NCBI GenBank assembly: GCA_043728315.1
Contig: JAYTMT010000002.1
Location: 17,138 to 81,137 of the forward strand
DNA from: Polaromonas sp.
Lineage (GTDB): Bacteria; Pseudomonadota; Gammaproteobacteria; Burkholderiales; Burkholderiaceae_C
Direction: 5' to 3'
Length of the DNA stretch: 64,000 nucleotides
The position numbers and the translations under genes were made by a program. Shown one piece after another: positions 9,227 to 17,872 of this stretch. Each line of letters begins with the position of its first letter. Within the stretch, counting starts at the first letter, position 1. The notes under the pieces were generated by a model. It was not told where the DNA came from. It saw only the letters and a program-made list of their open reading frames with translations, and did not search any database.

Positions 9227-9492
9227 GAAATACAGAACTGCCGAACGCAGAGGGCACAAAAGTTAAGCAGAAGACGCAAAAGCATACCAAAACAGACAGG
9301 ATATGAGTAATATATAAAAAATACTGTTAATGTCACTGTCAAATGGTCATATTATGCTATTAAAATTATAGTACATAATTCGCATATGAAAATCAAAGTT
9401 GAACTTCAGATACCTTCCTTGACAACATTTTGGCTGTTCTTTTGCGTCTTCTGCGTAACTTTTGCGCCCTCCGAGTTCGGCAGTCCGTATTC
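9227..9492 (+). mobile_element. MITE-like hairpin element A (~65-bp imperfect terminal inverted repeats around a dispersed-repeat core)
   Basis: The left arm 9227-9294 aligns with the reverse complement of the right arm 9426-9492, roughly 85% identical by eye. The core repeat lies at 9329-9373. The left end abuts a tandem (atacagaa)x3 at 9214-9237. No ORF of 60 aa or more lies wholly inside (only track ORF 9084..9266 overlaps the left edge). Confidence 0.65.
9329..9373 (+). repeat. dispersed repeat core, copy A
   Basis: aatgtcactgtcaaatggtcatattatgctattaaaattatagta, preceded by aaaaaatactgtt (subfamily 1 left flank). Confidence 0.8.
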
Positions 9493-9535
9493 AGAGCTTT
9501 AAAAGTGCCAGCCTCAATCGATACACTACAAAACC

Positions 9536-10366
9536 ATGCGCATCCAACTCTTGTCCGACTTGCACCTAGAGGCGCACCCGCATTTCAAACCGCAGCCTGC
9601 TGCGGGTGCAGACGTGTTGGTGCTGGCCGGCGATATTGGGTCTTACCAAGCTGGCAGCAGCTTGCGCACCGATGACTGGGGCTTGGCCCGGTTTTCGCCT
9701 ACGCCAGCGCTGGGCGGGCAGGGCACATGGCCAACACCTGTGCTTTTTGTGCCTGGCAACCATGAATACGACGCGCGGGATGTGGACGCTACGCAGGCCC
9801 AGCTTATGGCTGTGTGCCAGCGGCTAGGTATTACTTGGCTTGACCGCCAAACCGTGCAAATGGGCGATGTGCGCTTCATTGGCACGACGTTATGGACAGA
9901 CTTTGACGTGTTGTCAGCCCCCAATGAGCCCATGACCAGCGCCATGAAAAAGCGCAATAAGGCATTCAGCGCGGCCAATTTCCACCTTAAAAAAGCGCAA
10001 ATGCAGCGCGGAGGAGCGCTTTTTTTGGCAGAAAACGTGCGCGAAGAGGGGCTAAGCTGCCAAGCATGGCTCAGAGCTGCGCTAGCCCAGCCAAAGCCGC
10101 GCAGCCTTGGCAAAACCGTGGTCGTCACGCATTTTGCCCCCAGCCTCAAAAGCCACGACCCCGTATACGGCGTGCAGCCGGGCACGGCGGGGTTTTGCAA
10201 TGCGCTCGATGACTTGTTGCCCTGCGCGGACCTGTGGCTGCATGGCCATCTGCATTGCCAGCTTGATTACACGGTGGGGCGCTGCCGCGTGGTGGCCAAT
10301 CCGCTGGGCTATGTGCGCAAAAATGAGCAACTGGGTTTCGCGCCGCAACTGGTGCTCGAAGTTTAG
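9536..10366 (+). CDS. metallophosphoesterase (calcineurin-like)
   Basis: The motifs SDLHLE, LAGDIG, PGNHEYD and LHGHLH are present in the canonical order. Confidence 0.8.
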   Translation: MRIQLLSDLHLEAHPHFKPQPAAGADVLVLAGDIGSYQAGSSLRTDDWGLARFSPTPALGGQGTWPTPVLFVPGNHEYDARDVDATQAQLMAVCQRLGITWLDRQTVQMGDVRFIGTTLWTDFDVLSAPNEPMTSAMKKRNKAFSAANFHLKKAQMQRGGALFLAENVREEGLSCQAWLRAALAQPKPRSLGKTVVVTHFAPSLKSHDPVYGVQPGTAGFCNALDDLLPCADLWLHGHLHCQLDYTVGRCRVVANPLGYVRKNEQLGFAPQLVLEV

Positions 10367-10483
10367 CCAAAACTTCTAAGCCCCGTGCATGCGATAGACA
10401 GCGCGATTCACACCGCATGAAAAAGCGTAATATGAGGCATTAGACAGCGTGCAAAATCAGCCGATTGGGGTATCCTTAGCGTT

Positions 10484-11638
10484 ATGACCGAGACAAGCAA
10501 GCATTCCCCTACCGCGCCCCACGAGCACGACAAGTCCCACGGCAAGGAGCAGTCGCTGCTGGACAAAGACATGGCAGAGATGGCGCGGCGCAATCCGGGG
10601 CGCTTTTGGCTGCTGCTGGCGGTGTTTGCAGGGCTGGGGCTGATGGTGTTGTCGGCTTTTAGGCAAGGCTGGTTCACGCCCACTGAGTATTTGTATGTGC
10701 AGTTGCCCAGCGTCACGGGGGTGTCGATTGGCACGGCGGTGAAGCTCAAGGGCTTCAAAATTGGCGAGGTGGACCAAATTACCCTAGAGCCCAATTTAAA
10801 TGTGAAAGTGCGTCTGAAAGTGGTGCAAGAGCGCATGGCCATGCTCAGTGCCGATGCGGCGGCCAAGTTTGGGCGCGACGGACCCATCAGCGGCAAATTC
10901 ATAGATATTTTGCCAGGTACGCGGCCTATAGACACTTCTGGCAAAGGGGCGCTCAGCGGCGCTACATTCAAGCCGCTTGCACCCAACTCCACCCTGTCGA
11001 TGGACAGCGGCAGTGAGCTAGAAGACGTAATGGCCAACGTGAAAATTGCCGTAGAAAAGCTGGCCAGCGCCATCGGCAAGGTAGAACCGATTTTGGACGA
11101 CACCAAAAAACTCACGGGCGAAGCAGCGGCCATGCGCCAAGACATCCGCGGCGCTATCACCCAGATATTGGCCGACGCGCAGGCCATGAGCGCGCAGCTC
11201 AAGCGCGTGGGTGACAACGCAGTGCAGGTGGCTGGCAAGGTGGATGGTGACCGTGCGGCGTTGGTGGCCGATGTACGGCGTATTTTGGCGCAATCGGAAG
11301 CGGCCAGCGTGAGCGCCAAAGCGGCATTGAAATCACTCGAAATAGACTTGCCGCAAGTGCTGGACAAAACCAAAAGCAGCCTAGACAACGTGCGTGATGT
11401 CACCAGCAAAGCCCAAGACATAAGCGCCAACCTGCGCCAAACCACGGCCGATGTGAAAGCCATCACCGGCGAGGCACGCCAAGACATTCCTCCCATGCTG
11501 CGCAACGCCCGCTCTGCTACACAAAACTCAGCCGACATCACCCAAGGCATCAAAGAGTCATGGCCGATTAACGGATTGATCAAAGCGCCTGATGACCCTG
11601 CGCTGCCGCTGGATGGCTTTGAGGGGAAGGCTAAATGA
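10484..11638 (+). CDS. MlaD/MCE-domain protein
   Basis: N-terminal TM segment followed by an MCE domain (YVQLPSVTGVSIGTAVKLKGFKIGEVDQITLEP) and a long helical C-terminus. Confidence 0.75.
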   Translation: MTETSKHSPTAPHEHDKSHGKEQSLLDKDMAEMARRNPGRFWLLLAVFAGLGLMVLSAFRQGWFTPTEYLYVQLPSVTGVSIGTAVKLKGFKIGEVDQITLEPNLNVKVRLKVVQERMAMLSADAAAKFGRDGPISGKFIDILPGTRPIDTSGKGALSGATFKPLAPNSTLSMDSGSELEDVMANVKIAVEKLASAIGKVEPILDDTKKLTGEAAAMRQDIRGAITQILADAQAMSAQLKRVGDNAVQVAGKVDGDRAALVADVRRILAQSEAASVSAKAALKSLEIDLPQVLDKTKSSLDNVRDVTSKAQDISANLRQTTADVKAITGEARQDIPPMLRNARSATQNSADITQGIKESWPINGLIKAPDDPALPLDGFEGKAK

Positions 11639-12582
11639 GCGCGCGTTTGGCATCTTCGCGCAAGGGCTTGGCTGGCGCATTGCCTGTGGATACTGCGTCT
11701 GCTGGGCGCTGTGTGGGCACGACTGATCGGGCATCTGCAAGCGCCGTATTATTCGCGTGTGTCTTGACCGCCGCCTTGCTGGGCGGCTGCGCTAGCTCAA
11801 AACCTGCTGCGCCTGTGCCCAGCCCCGCCCTGCAAAGCGCCCATGCGCTGGAGCAGCGGGCGGCCAAGGCGTTTGCACAGGGCGATTTTGAGCGCGCGCT
11901 CAAAGATTTTGATACTGCAGCATCGGTGTATGCATCATTGGCCATGACCGATGCCCATGCGCAGGCGCAGCTCAATGGTGCGCGCGTGTTGGCTGATTCG
12001 GGGCAAACGGCCGCTGGGCAAGCGCGCGTGGCTGCGGTGCTGGCATCTGTGGTGCCGCTGTCTGCTTCTGTGCGAACCACGGCGCATGGCCGCGCCGCCG
12101 CGCTGGCCTTGGCCAGTGCTGACTTGCCGCTGGCCGCTACGTCACTGGCTGCGGCGCAGGCAGCTTGTGGCGCAAGCTGCCCCGCAAGCGCAGCGTTGGC
12201 TGTATTGGCCGCGCGCTTGCAGCTGGCCAGCGGCAAAGCCGCAGAGGCGCTGGCCACTGCCAACCAAGCTGTTGCGTTAGCGCCCATGCTATCAAACACT
12301 GCAATGGGCACTGCCAATGCCCAGCAAGCCGACCATGCCAATGCCCTGCGCGTGCGGGCGCAGGCGCATGCCGCGCTGCAAAGCCACGGCGCTGCGCTGG
12401 CCGATGCGCAAGCGGCCTTGGCCATTGACCAAACTTTGGGCTTTGCCGCACGCGTGGCACTTGATTTGCAACTCATGGCGGCGGCGCAGCGCGGCTTGGG
12501 CTTGGCTGATGCTGCAGCGCGCAGCGCGGCGCTGGCCGAGCAGTCGCTGGCCGCTGCGCAGCGTTTGCATGGTGATAAGTAG
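11635..12582 (+). CDS. Ala-rich (TPR-like) lipoprotein
   Basis: ATGA overlap with the MlaD gene. Lipobox LLGGC. The remainder is highly Ala-rich and helical. Confidence 0.55.
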   Translation: MSARLASSRKGLAGALPVDTASAGRCVGTTDRASASAVLFACVLTAALLGGCASSKPAAPVPSPALQSAHALEQRAAKAFAQGDFERALKDFDTAASVYASLAMTDAHAQAQLNGARVLADSGQTAAGQARVAAVLASVVPLSASVRTTAHGRAAALALASADLPLAATSLAAAQAACGASCPASAALAVLAARLQLASGKAAEALATANQAVALAPMLSNTAMGTANAQQADHANALRVRAQAHAALQSHGAALADAQAALAIDQTLGFAARVALDLQLMAAAQRGLGLADAAARSAALAEQSLAAAQRLHGDK

Positions 12583-12600
12583 CTATTCAATTAGTCGCAT

Positions 12601-13389
12601 ATGTCCCAACCATTAAGCCTGAATGCCGCCGTGCTTGGCCCTGTGCGCTCGCGCTGGCTGGGTCTGCGCGAGCTGTGGTTGTACCGCAGCTACTGGCGGC
12701 TACCCCAGGGGCGCAACGCCATGGAGCGCGAGCGCGACAAAGAAATGGCCGAGGTCATGCCCGTGCTCTTGGTAATTGCCTTGGTGGCGGGTGTGCTGAT
12801 TTTTGAGGTCATGCCCGCATCCTTGGTAGACCAAAACGCATCGGTGCTGGCCACCATGTGGCCAGTGTGGGTGGTGCAGGTAGCACCCATGATTTGCGCC
12901 CAAATGCTGGCCATGCAAAACGCCCCTGACATCGCGCTGGCCATGACTGAGCGTGCAGGCCGTGGTGGCTACTCCACCAGCCCGCGTGTGCGTGCAGCCC
13001 AAGCGGCGCACACCGCAGTGCCCACCATCATGGCACATGCTACGGTTTGCGCAGCAGCGGCGTGTTTGTTGGTGCTGTTCACTTTGGTGTTTGGCTTGAT
13101 TGCTGGTTTGGTGATGGACGAAGGCGATTTGCGTGAATCAATCAACATTGTGTTCAACCGCGTATCCCCGCTGCTGTGGATTCGGGCGTTTTTTCAGGCA
13201 TGGGTGCTCGGTGGTGTGTGCGTCACCGCTGCCGTATTATTCGCATGGCCTGGCACGCAGGTGAGCGGCAAAGGGCTCGACGCGCACCGCCTAGGCCTGC
13301 GCGCCATGCTGGCCAGCTCCGCCGCTTGCGCCGTGGCAGGGCTGTCGATGAATTGGGTAGCCAATTTGTTTGGCTGGGGCGCGGGCTAG
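12601..13389 (+). CDS. integral membrane protein, possibly a divergent MlaE-like permease
   Basis: 262-aa ORF with several TM segments and an operon position next to MlaD. The canonical MlaE motifs are not clearly seen. Confidence 0.4.
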   Translation: MSQPLSLNAAVLGPVRSRWLGLRELWLYRSYWRLPQGRNAMERERDKEMAEVMPVLLVIALVAGVLIFEVMPASLVDQNASVLATMWPVWVVQVAPMICAQMLAMQNAPDIALAMTERAGRGGYSTSPRVRAAQAAHTAVPTIMAHATVCAAAACLLVLFTLVFGLIAGLVMDEGDLRESINIVFNRVSPLLWIRAFFQAWVLGGVCVTAAVLFAWPGTQVSGKGLDAHRLGLRAMLASSAACAVAGLSMNWVANLFGWGAG

Positions 13390-13396
13390 CAATAGT

Positions 13397-14875
13397 TCAA
13401 GCAATTAGCACCAAGGCACCAACGGTCTGCCGTGATTCCAAGCGCGTATGCGCCTGCGCAGCCGCACTCAAGGAATATTGCTCAATGGGTGGGCGTTTAA
13501 GTGCGCCAGATTCCAAAGCAGCCCACACACGCGCTGCGCGCTCAGCCAGAGCTTGCTGCGTTGCCGTGTAGTGAAATACCACGGGGCGCGAAAGTGTCAC
13601 GGATTTTTGTGTAAGCCAATCGGGTGCAATCGCAGCCAAGGGTCCGCTAGCTTGCCCTAGGCTAATCCAATGCCCCATCGATGCAATCGCGGCCATGTTT
13701 TCGCTGCGCGCCGCATCGCCCAAGCCATCCACAATCACATCGGCCCCACCCACTTGGCGCTGCACGGTTTCGGCAAATCGATAATCCGCTGTGACGATCA
13801 CATGCTCGCAGCCATACTCTCTGGCCAGCCGCGCCTTAGATTCGTTGGAAACGGTGCCCAACACAGTTGCACCCATGGAGCGCGCCCAAGAGCACAGCAG
13901 CAGCCCCAGTCCTCCGGCAGCCGCATGCACCAAAATTCGAGTGCCTTTTTGCACACGCCCCAAATCACGCAGCACATAATCGGCGGTGATACCTTTGAGT
14001 AAAAGCGCCGCAGCAGTTGTATCCTCCACCGCGGCAGGCAAGCGCACCACATGCTCGCTGCTCACCGTGCGCACTGAGCAATACGAGCCAGGCTGCGGGC
14101 ATAGATATGCCACGCGATCGCCGGGCAGCAAGCCACCTACACCATCGCCCACATCCAGCACCGTGCCCATGGCCTCCATGCCCAGGCCGGCAGGGGGCTC
14201 CACCATACCCGGCACCCAACCTCGCCGCACATAGATATCAAAGTAATTCACGCCAACAGCACGTTGCGCGATCCGCACTTGTCCGGCGGCGGGCGCAGGA
14301 GCTTGCACAGTATGCAGCTCAAGCACGGAAGCATCACCAAAGCGCGATATCTGCACCTGCCGCGAAGCGATTGACACGGCCTGCGTGGCCGATGCGCTGG
14401 CCTTCATGCCCGAGCTTGAACCTGTATGCGAACCACCACCCAGCAAATAGCGCCGCAAACCATCAAAGCCCGCCTCATAGACGCCCTCAGCCACCAACTC
14501 ACCCAAGGCACGCTCTTGACCAGGCGGCGTAGCAAAGCTCGATTCCCAATGCCACAGTGTGCGATTACCATCGGTGATGCGCTTGAGCGTCACGGTAGCC
14601 ACATAGCGCTCCAGCGGTACAGTGCTTTGCACAATGCAGTAGGTCGACACATGATCGACATCTGAAAGTGCAATCAGTTGCTCGCGGATATGGTTGCCAT
14701 CTTGGAGTTTGAAATTGCGCACACAGCCAACCTGATCACTGCGCTCACCGCCCTCGATCGAGCTGCTGGCAATCGCAGGATGCCAGCGGTCATGGCTGTT
14801 GAAATCGCGCAGCACATCCCACACACGCTCAATTGGCGCGTCGATCACAGTAGAGCGAACGATTTTTTGAAGCAT
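13397..14875 (-). CDS. SRPBCC domain fused to an NADPH:quinone oxidoreductase-like (MDR) domain
   Basis: N-terminal ~150 aa are SRPBCC-like (DAPIERVWDVLRDFNSHDRWHP). The C-terminal ~330 aa are a zeta-crystallin/QOR type MDR (VNYFDIYVRRG..., HAAAGGLG). Confidence 0.75.
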   Translation of the reverse strand: MLQKIVRSTVIDAPIERVWDVLRDFNSHDRWHPAIASSSIEGGERSDQVGCVRNFKLQDGNHIREQLIALSDVDHVSTYCIVQSTVPLERYVATVTLKRITDGNRTLWHWESSFATPPGQERALGELVAEGVYEAGFDGLRRYLLGGGSHTGSSSGMKASASATQAVSIASRQVQISRFGDASVLELHTVQAPAPAAGQVRIAQRAVGVNYFDIYVRRGWVPGMVEPPAGLGMEAMGTVLDVGDGVGGLLPGDRVAYLCPQPGSYCSVRTVSSEHVVRLPAAVEDTTAAALLLKGITADYVLRDLGRVQKGTRILVHAAAGGLGLLLCSWARSMGATVLGTVSNESKARLAREYGCEHVIVTADYRFAETVQRQVGGADVIVDGLGDAARSENMAAIASMGHWISLGQASGPLAAIAPDWLTQKSVTLSRPVVFHYTATQQALAERAARVWAALESGALKRPPIEQYSLSAAAQAHTRLESRQTVGALVLIA

Positions 14876-14881
14876 GGGCGC

Positions 14882-15334
14882 TTAAGAGCGGCGGCCAAAA
14901 TGGCTCTTCAATGCGTCAAAGCCGGTTTGGAACACACCATTGCCAATTTGCTCAGACAGCGCATGCTCGCGCCCGGGCTCACAATCAAACTCAGCACTCC
15001 ATTCAATAAAGCAACGCGCGCCATCGGTAATCGGTGTGAGCTTGAGCGTGGCCACATAGTTGTCCACGCCCATCGGACTTTCCAAAATCGAATAGACGCA
15101 GCTGAAATCATAGTCAGACAAGGTGAGCAACTTCTCGCGAATCATTCCGCCATCGCGGGTATGAAAATGGCGGATACAACCGATCTTGTCGCTGGGCTCG
15201 TTCTTTTCAATACGGCTATCCGCAATGATGGTGTGCCATACAGGCAAGGCATTGAAATCACGCACGCGCGACCACACACTGTCAGCCGTGGCATCAATCA
15301 CACTAGAAACATAAATGCGAACCATGGTGTTCAA
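14882..15334 (-). CDS. SRPBCC family protein
   Basis: 150 aa. It is a paralog of the N-terminal domain of the adjacent gene (SVWSRVRDFNALPVWH). Confidence 0.75.
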   Translation of the reverse strand: MNTMVRIYVSSVIDATADSVWSRVRDFNALPVWHTIIADSRIEKNEPSDKIGCIRHFHTRDGGMIREKLLTLSDYDFSCVYSILESPMGVDNYVATLKLTPITDGARCFIEWSAEFDCEPGREHALSEQIGNGVFQTGFDALKSHFGRRS

Positions 15335-16998
15335 TCTTTACTTGGGGTGCTGGTCAGCCCGCTCACGAGTTTGTTGATGTTGCCGCCTTCTAAGCCAATT
15401 TCTTTGAGCAACTGATCGACGATGGGCGCTTGTGCACGAAAACGCAACGCAGAATTGGTCACATCGTCAGCAAAGCCACCACTGGTCATGGCACCATCGC
15501 CACCGGAGCCACCACCACCCAAACCATTGACATGCATGATTTTGATGCCTTCGATGCGCTCCATCGGCTTGACCGCTTCACGAATGATGGCCTCGGCTTT
15601 TTCAACCAAACGCATACGCAGCGCAGAAGCGCTGGCCTCTGGCGAAAGTGCATTGTGTGCTTCGTTGAGCAGGCGTAGGCCATCCGCTTGCACTTCAGCG
15701 CTGATGCGCTGTGCAGTAGATTTGATAGTTTCTGCATCTGCATCGGCCTGCGCTTGGGCACGGATCGCTATGCCGCGATCTGCGCTGGCATCTTTTTCTG
15801 CTTTAGCCGCCGAGGTTAGGCGCAATGCATCGCGTTCTGCGGCTTGCTGTGCTTGAATCAGATCAATGGTTTTCTTGCGTTGTGCTGTTTCAACATCACG
15901 TGCAGTAAATACCTTTTCTTCAGCTTCGACAGCGCCAGCGCGCGCTTTGTCTGCGGCGGTTTGTGCCTCGCTCAAGTTTTTGCTTTCGTGCGCTAGGGCA
16001 ATGGCTCGCTGCTGCTCGGCCAATTCCAAAGATTTGCGACGCTCAATCTCGGCTGTTTCAATCGTGCGCTCTTTGCTGATGCGCTCCTGCTCTACCGACT
16101 GCTCCGAGCGAATACGTGCGGCCTCGATGGCCAGTTTGGCGGCAATCTGAGCACTTTCAGAGCTTTGCATGCTTTGCGCCCGTTCGGTACTCAGCTCAGC
16201 TTGTTGGCGTGCACGCGCAATCTCCACCTCACGCTGCTGGGCCAAGCGTGCGTATTCAGCATCGCGATCAATCGTAAGCGACAGTTTCTCGGCTTCGAGG
16301 TTTTTGTTGCGAATCGCAATCAAGGTATCTTGTTCCACATCATTGCGCTGCTTCTTGCGATGCTCAATTTGCTCAGTCAGGCGAGTCAAACCTTCTGCGT
16401 CAAAGGCATTGCTGGGGTTGAAATACTCCATCGAGGTTTGATCCAATTGCGTGAGTGAAGCAGCTTCCAGCTCCAAGCCGTTTTTTGTTAGATCCTCTGC
16501 GACTGAATCGCGCACGCGCTTGACGTAAGTGCCGCGCTTTTCGTGCAGCTCTTCCATGGTCATCTCGGCGGCGGCTGTACGCAGCGCATCGACGAACTTG
16601 CCCTCTACCAATTCTTTAAGCTGGTCTGGCTCCATCGTGCGCAAGCCTAGTGTTTGCGCGGCGGCCGCCACGGATTCGGCTGTGGCGGCAACACGCACAT
16701 AAAACTCAGCAATCACATCAACGCGCATGCGATCTTTGGTGATCAGGGCCTTGTCACGCCCACGAGACACTTCTAAACGCAAAGTGTTCATGTTTACCGG
16801 GATCACATCGTGCACGATCGGCAGCACAAAAGCGCCGCCTCCAAGCACCACTTTTTGTCCCCCCATTCCAGTGCGCACAAAAGATCTCTCTTTGCTGCTG
16901 CGCAAATATAGCCAATGAAAGAGCCAAACAACGATGGCGACAATAATCACCACCACAATCAAGCCAAGAATAAATGCTCCGAAATCGCTGCCAGTCAT
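15331..16998 (-). CDS. flotillin family (SPFH/Band 7) protein
   Basis: N-terminal TM segment, an SPFH domain (VRTGMGGQKVVLGGGAFVLPIVH) and a long A/E/Q/R-rich coiled coil; YqiK-like. Confidence 0.85.
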   Translation of the reverse strand: MTGSDFGAFILGLIVVVIIVAIVVWLFHWLYLRSSKERSFVRTGMGGQKVVLGGGAFVLPIVHDVIPVNMNTLRLEVSRGRDKALITKDRMRVDVIAEFYVRVAATAESVAAAAQTLGLRTMEPDQLKELVEGKFVDALRTAAAEMTMEELHEKRGTYVKRVRDSVAEDLTKNGLELEAASLTQLDQTSMEYFNPSNAFDAEGLTRLTEQIEHRKKQRNDVEQDTLIAIRNKNLEAEKLSLTIDRDAEYARLAQQREVEIARARQQAELSTERAQSMQSSESAQIAAKLAIEAARIRSEQSVEQERISKERTIETAEIERRKSLELAEQQRAIALAHESKNLSEAQTAADKARAGAVEAEEKVFTARDVETAQRKKTIDLIQAQQAAERDALRLTSAAKAEKDASADRGIAIRAQAQADADAETIKSTAQRISAEVQADGLRLLNEAHNALSPEASASALRMRLVEKAEAIIREAVKPMERIEGIKIMHVNGLGGGGSGGDGAMTSGGFADDVTNSALRFRAQAPIVDQLLKEIGLEGGNINKLVSGLTSTPSKD

Positions 16999-17014
16999 GA
17001 TGGGCTCCTATTTT

Positions 17015-17848
17015 TCAATCGCGGGTAATTTGAGTAAAACGGCGTGTTGTCTCTGTCAACGCCACTTCGGTAGGTAGCCGCTCCATAGAGCTGGCACCAT
17101 AAAAACCATGACAGTCTGGGCACTGAGACAAGATGTAGCTAGCATCTTGAGGCGTTGCAATCGGGCCGCCATGGCACAACACGATCACATTAGGATTAAC
17201 TGACTTGGCCGCTTGGGCCCAAGCATTAATTGGCGCGACACAGTCGGCGAGTTTGAGCGCTGTTTCAGCACCAATAGCTCCACCCGTTGTCAGGCCTAAA
17301 TGGCACACCACTATATCTGCACCCGCATGCGCCATATTTCGTGCGTCGTTCTCACTAAAAACATAAGGCGTAGTCAGTAGATCCAGAGCGCGCGCGCGCG
17401 CGATCATTTCCACTTCCAGACCATAGCCCATGCCAGTTTCTTCGAGATTGGCTCGAAAATTTCCATCAATCAAGCCTACGGTTGGAAAGTTCTGAATGCC
17501 AGAAAATCCCAAGCTGATCAAGCGTTGCAAAAACTGATCAGGAATCATGAATGGATCCGTGCCATTCACCCCAGCCAGCACTGGTGTGTTTTTCACCACC
17601 GGCAGCACCTCGTGCGCCATGTCGCATACGATTTCATTGGCATTTCCATAGGCCAACAAGCCTGCCAACGAGCCACGTCCTGCCATGCGGTAACGTCCAG
17701 AGTTGTAAATCACGATGAGGTCAATACCACCGGCCTCTTCGCATTTGGCAGACAGGCCTGTGCCTGCGCCCCCGCCAATGATAGGAATGCGGCTATCGAT
17801 TTTTTTTCGCAGATTGGCGAGAATATCTTCTCTTGCTATTCTTGGCAT
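17015..17848 (-). CDS. phosphoenolpyruvate hydrolase-like (TIM-barrel, PF09370-type) protein
   Basis: The start [43 protein letters not shown] is typical of the family that partners with UPF0261. Confidence 0.7.
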   Translation of the reverse strand: MPRIAREDILANLRKKIDSRIPIIGGGAGTGLSAKCEEAGGIDLIVIYNSGRYRMAGRGSLAGLLAYGNANEIVCDMAHEVLPVVKNTPVLAGVNGTDPFMIPDQFLQRLISLGFSGIQNFPTVGLIDGNFRANLEETGMGYGLEVEMIARARALDLLTTPYVFSENDARNMAHAGADIVVCHLGLTTGGAIGAETALKLADCVAPINAWAQAAKSVNPNVIVLCHGGPIATPQDASYILSQCPDCHGFYGASSMERLPTEVALTETTRRFTQITRD

Positions 17849-17872
17849 CGTTTTCTTTCTTACGGTGTAGTT

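Noticed and set aside
10408-12590. Long minus-strand ORFs (10408..11583, 391 aa; 11631..12590, 319 aa) opposite the MlaD and lipoprotein genes
   Set aside because: These are Ser/Ala/Cys-rich low-complexity translations antisense to ORFs with clear domain motifs. They are typical high-GC shadow ORFs.
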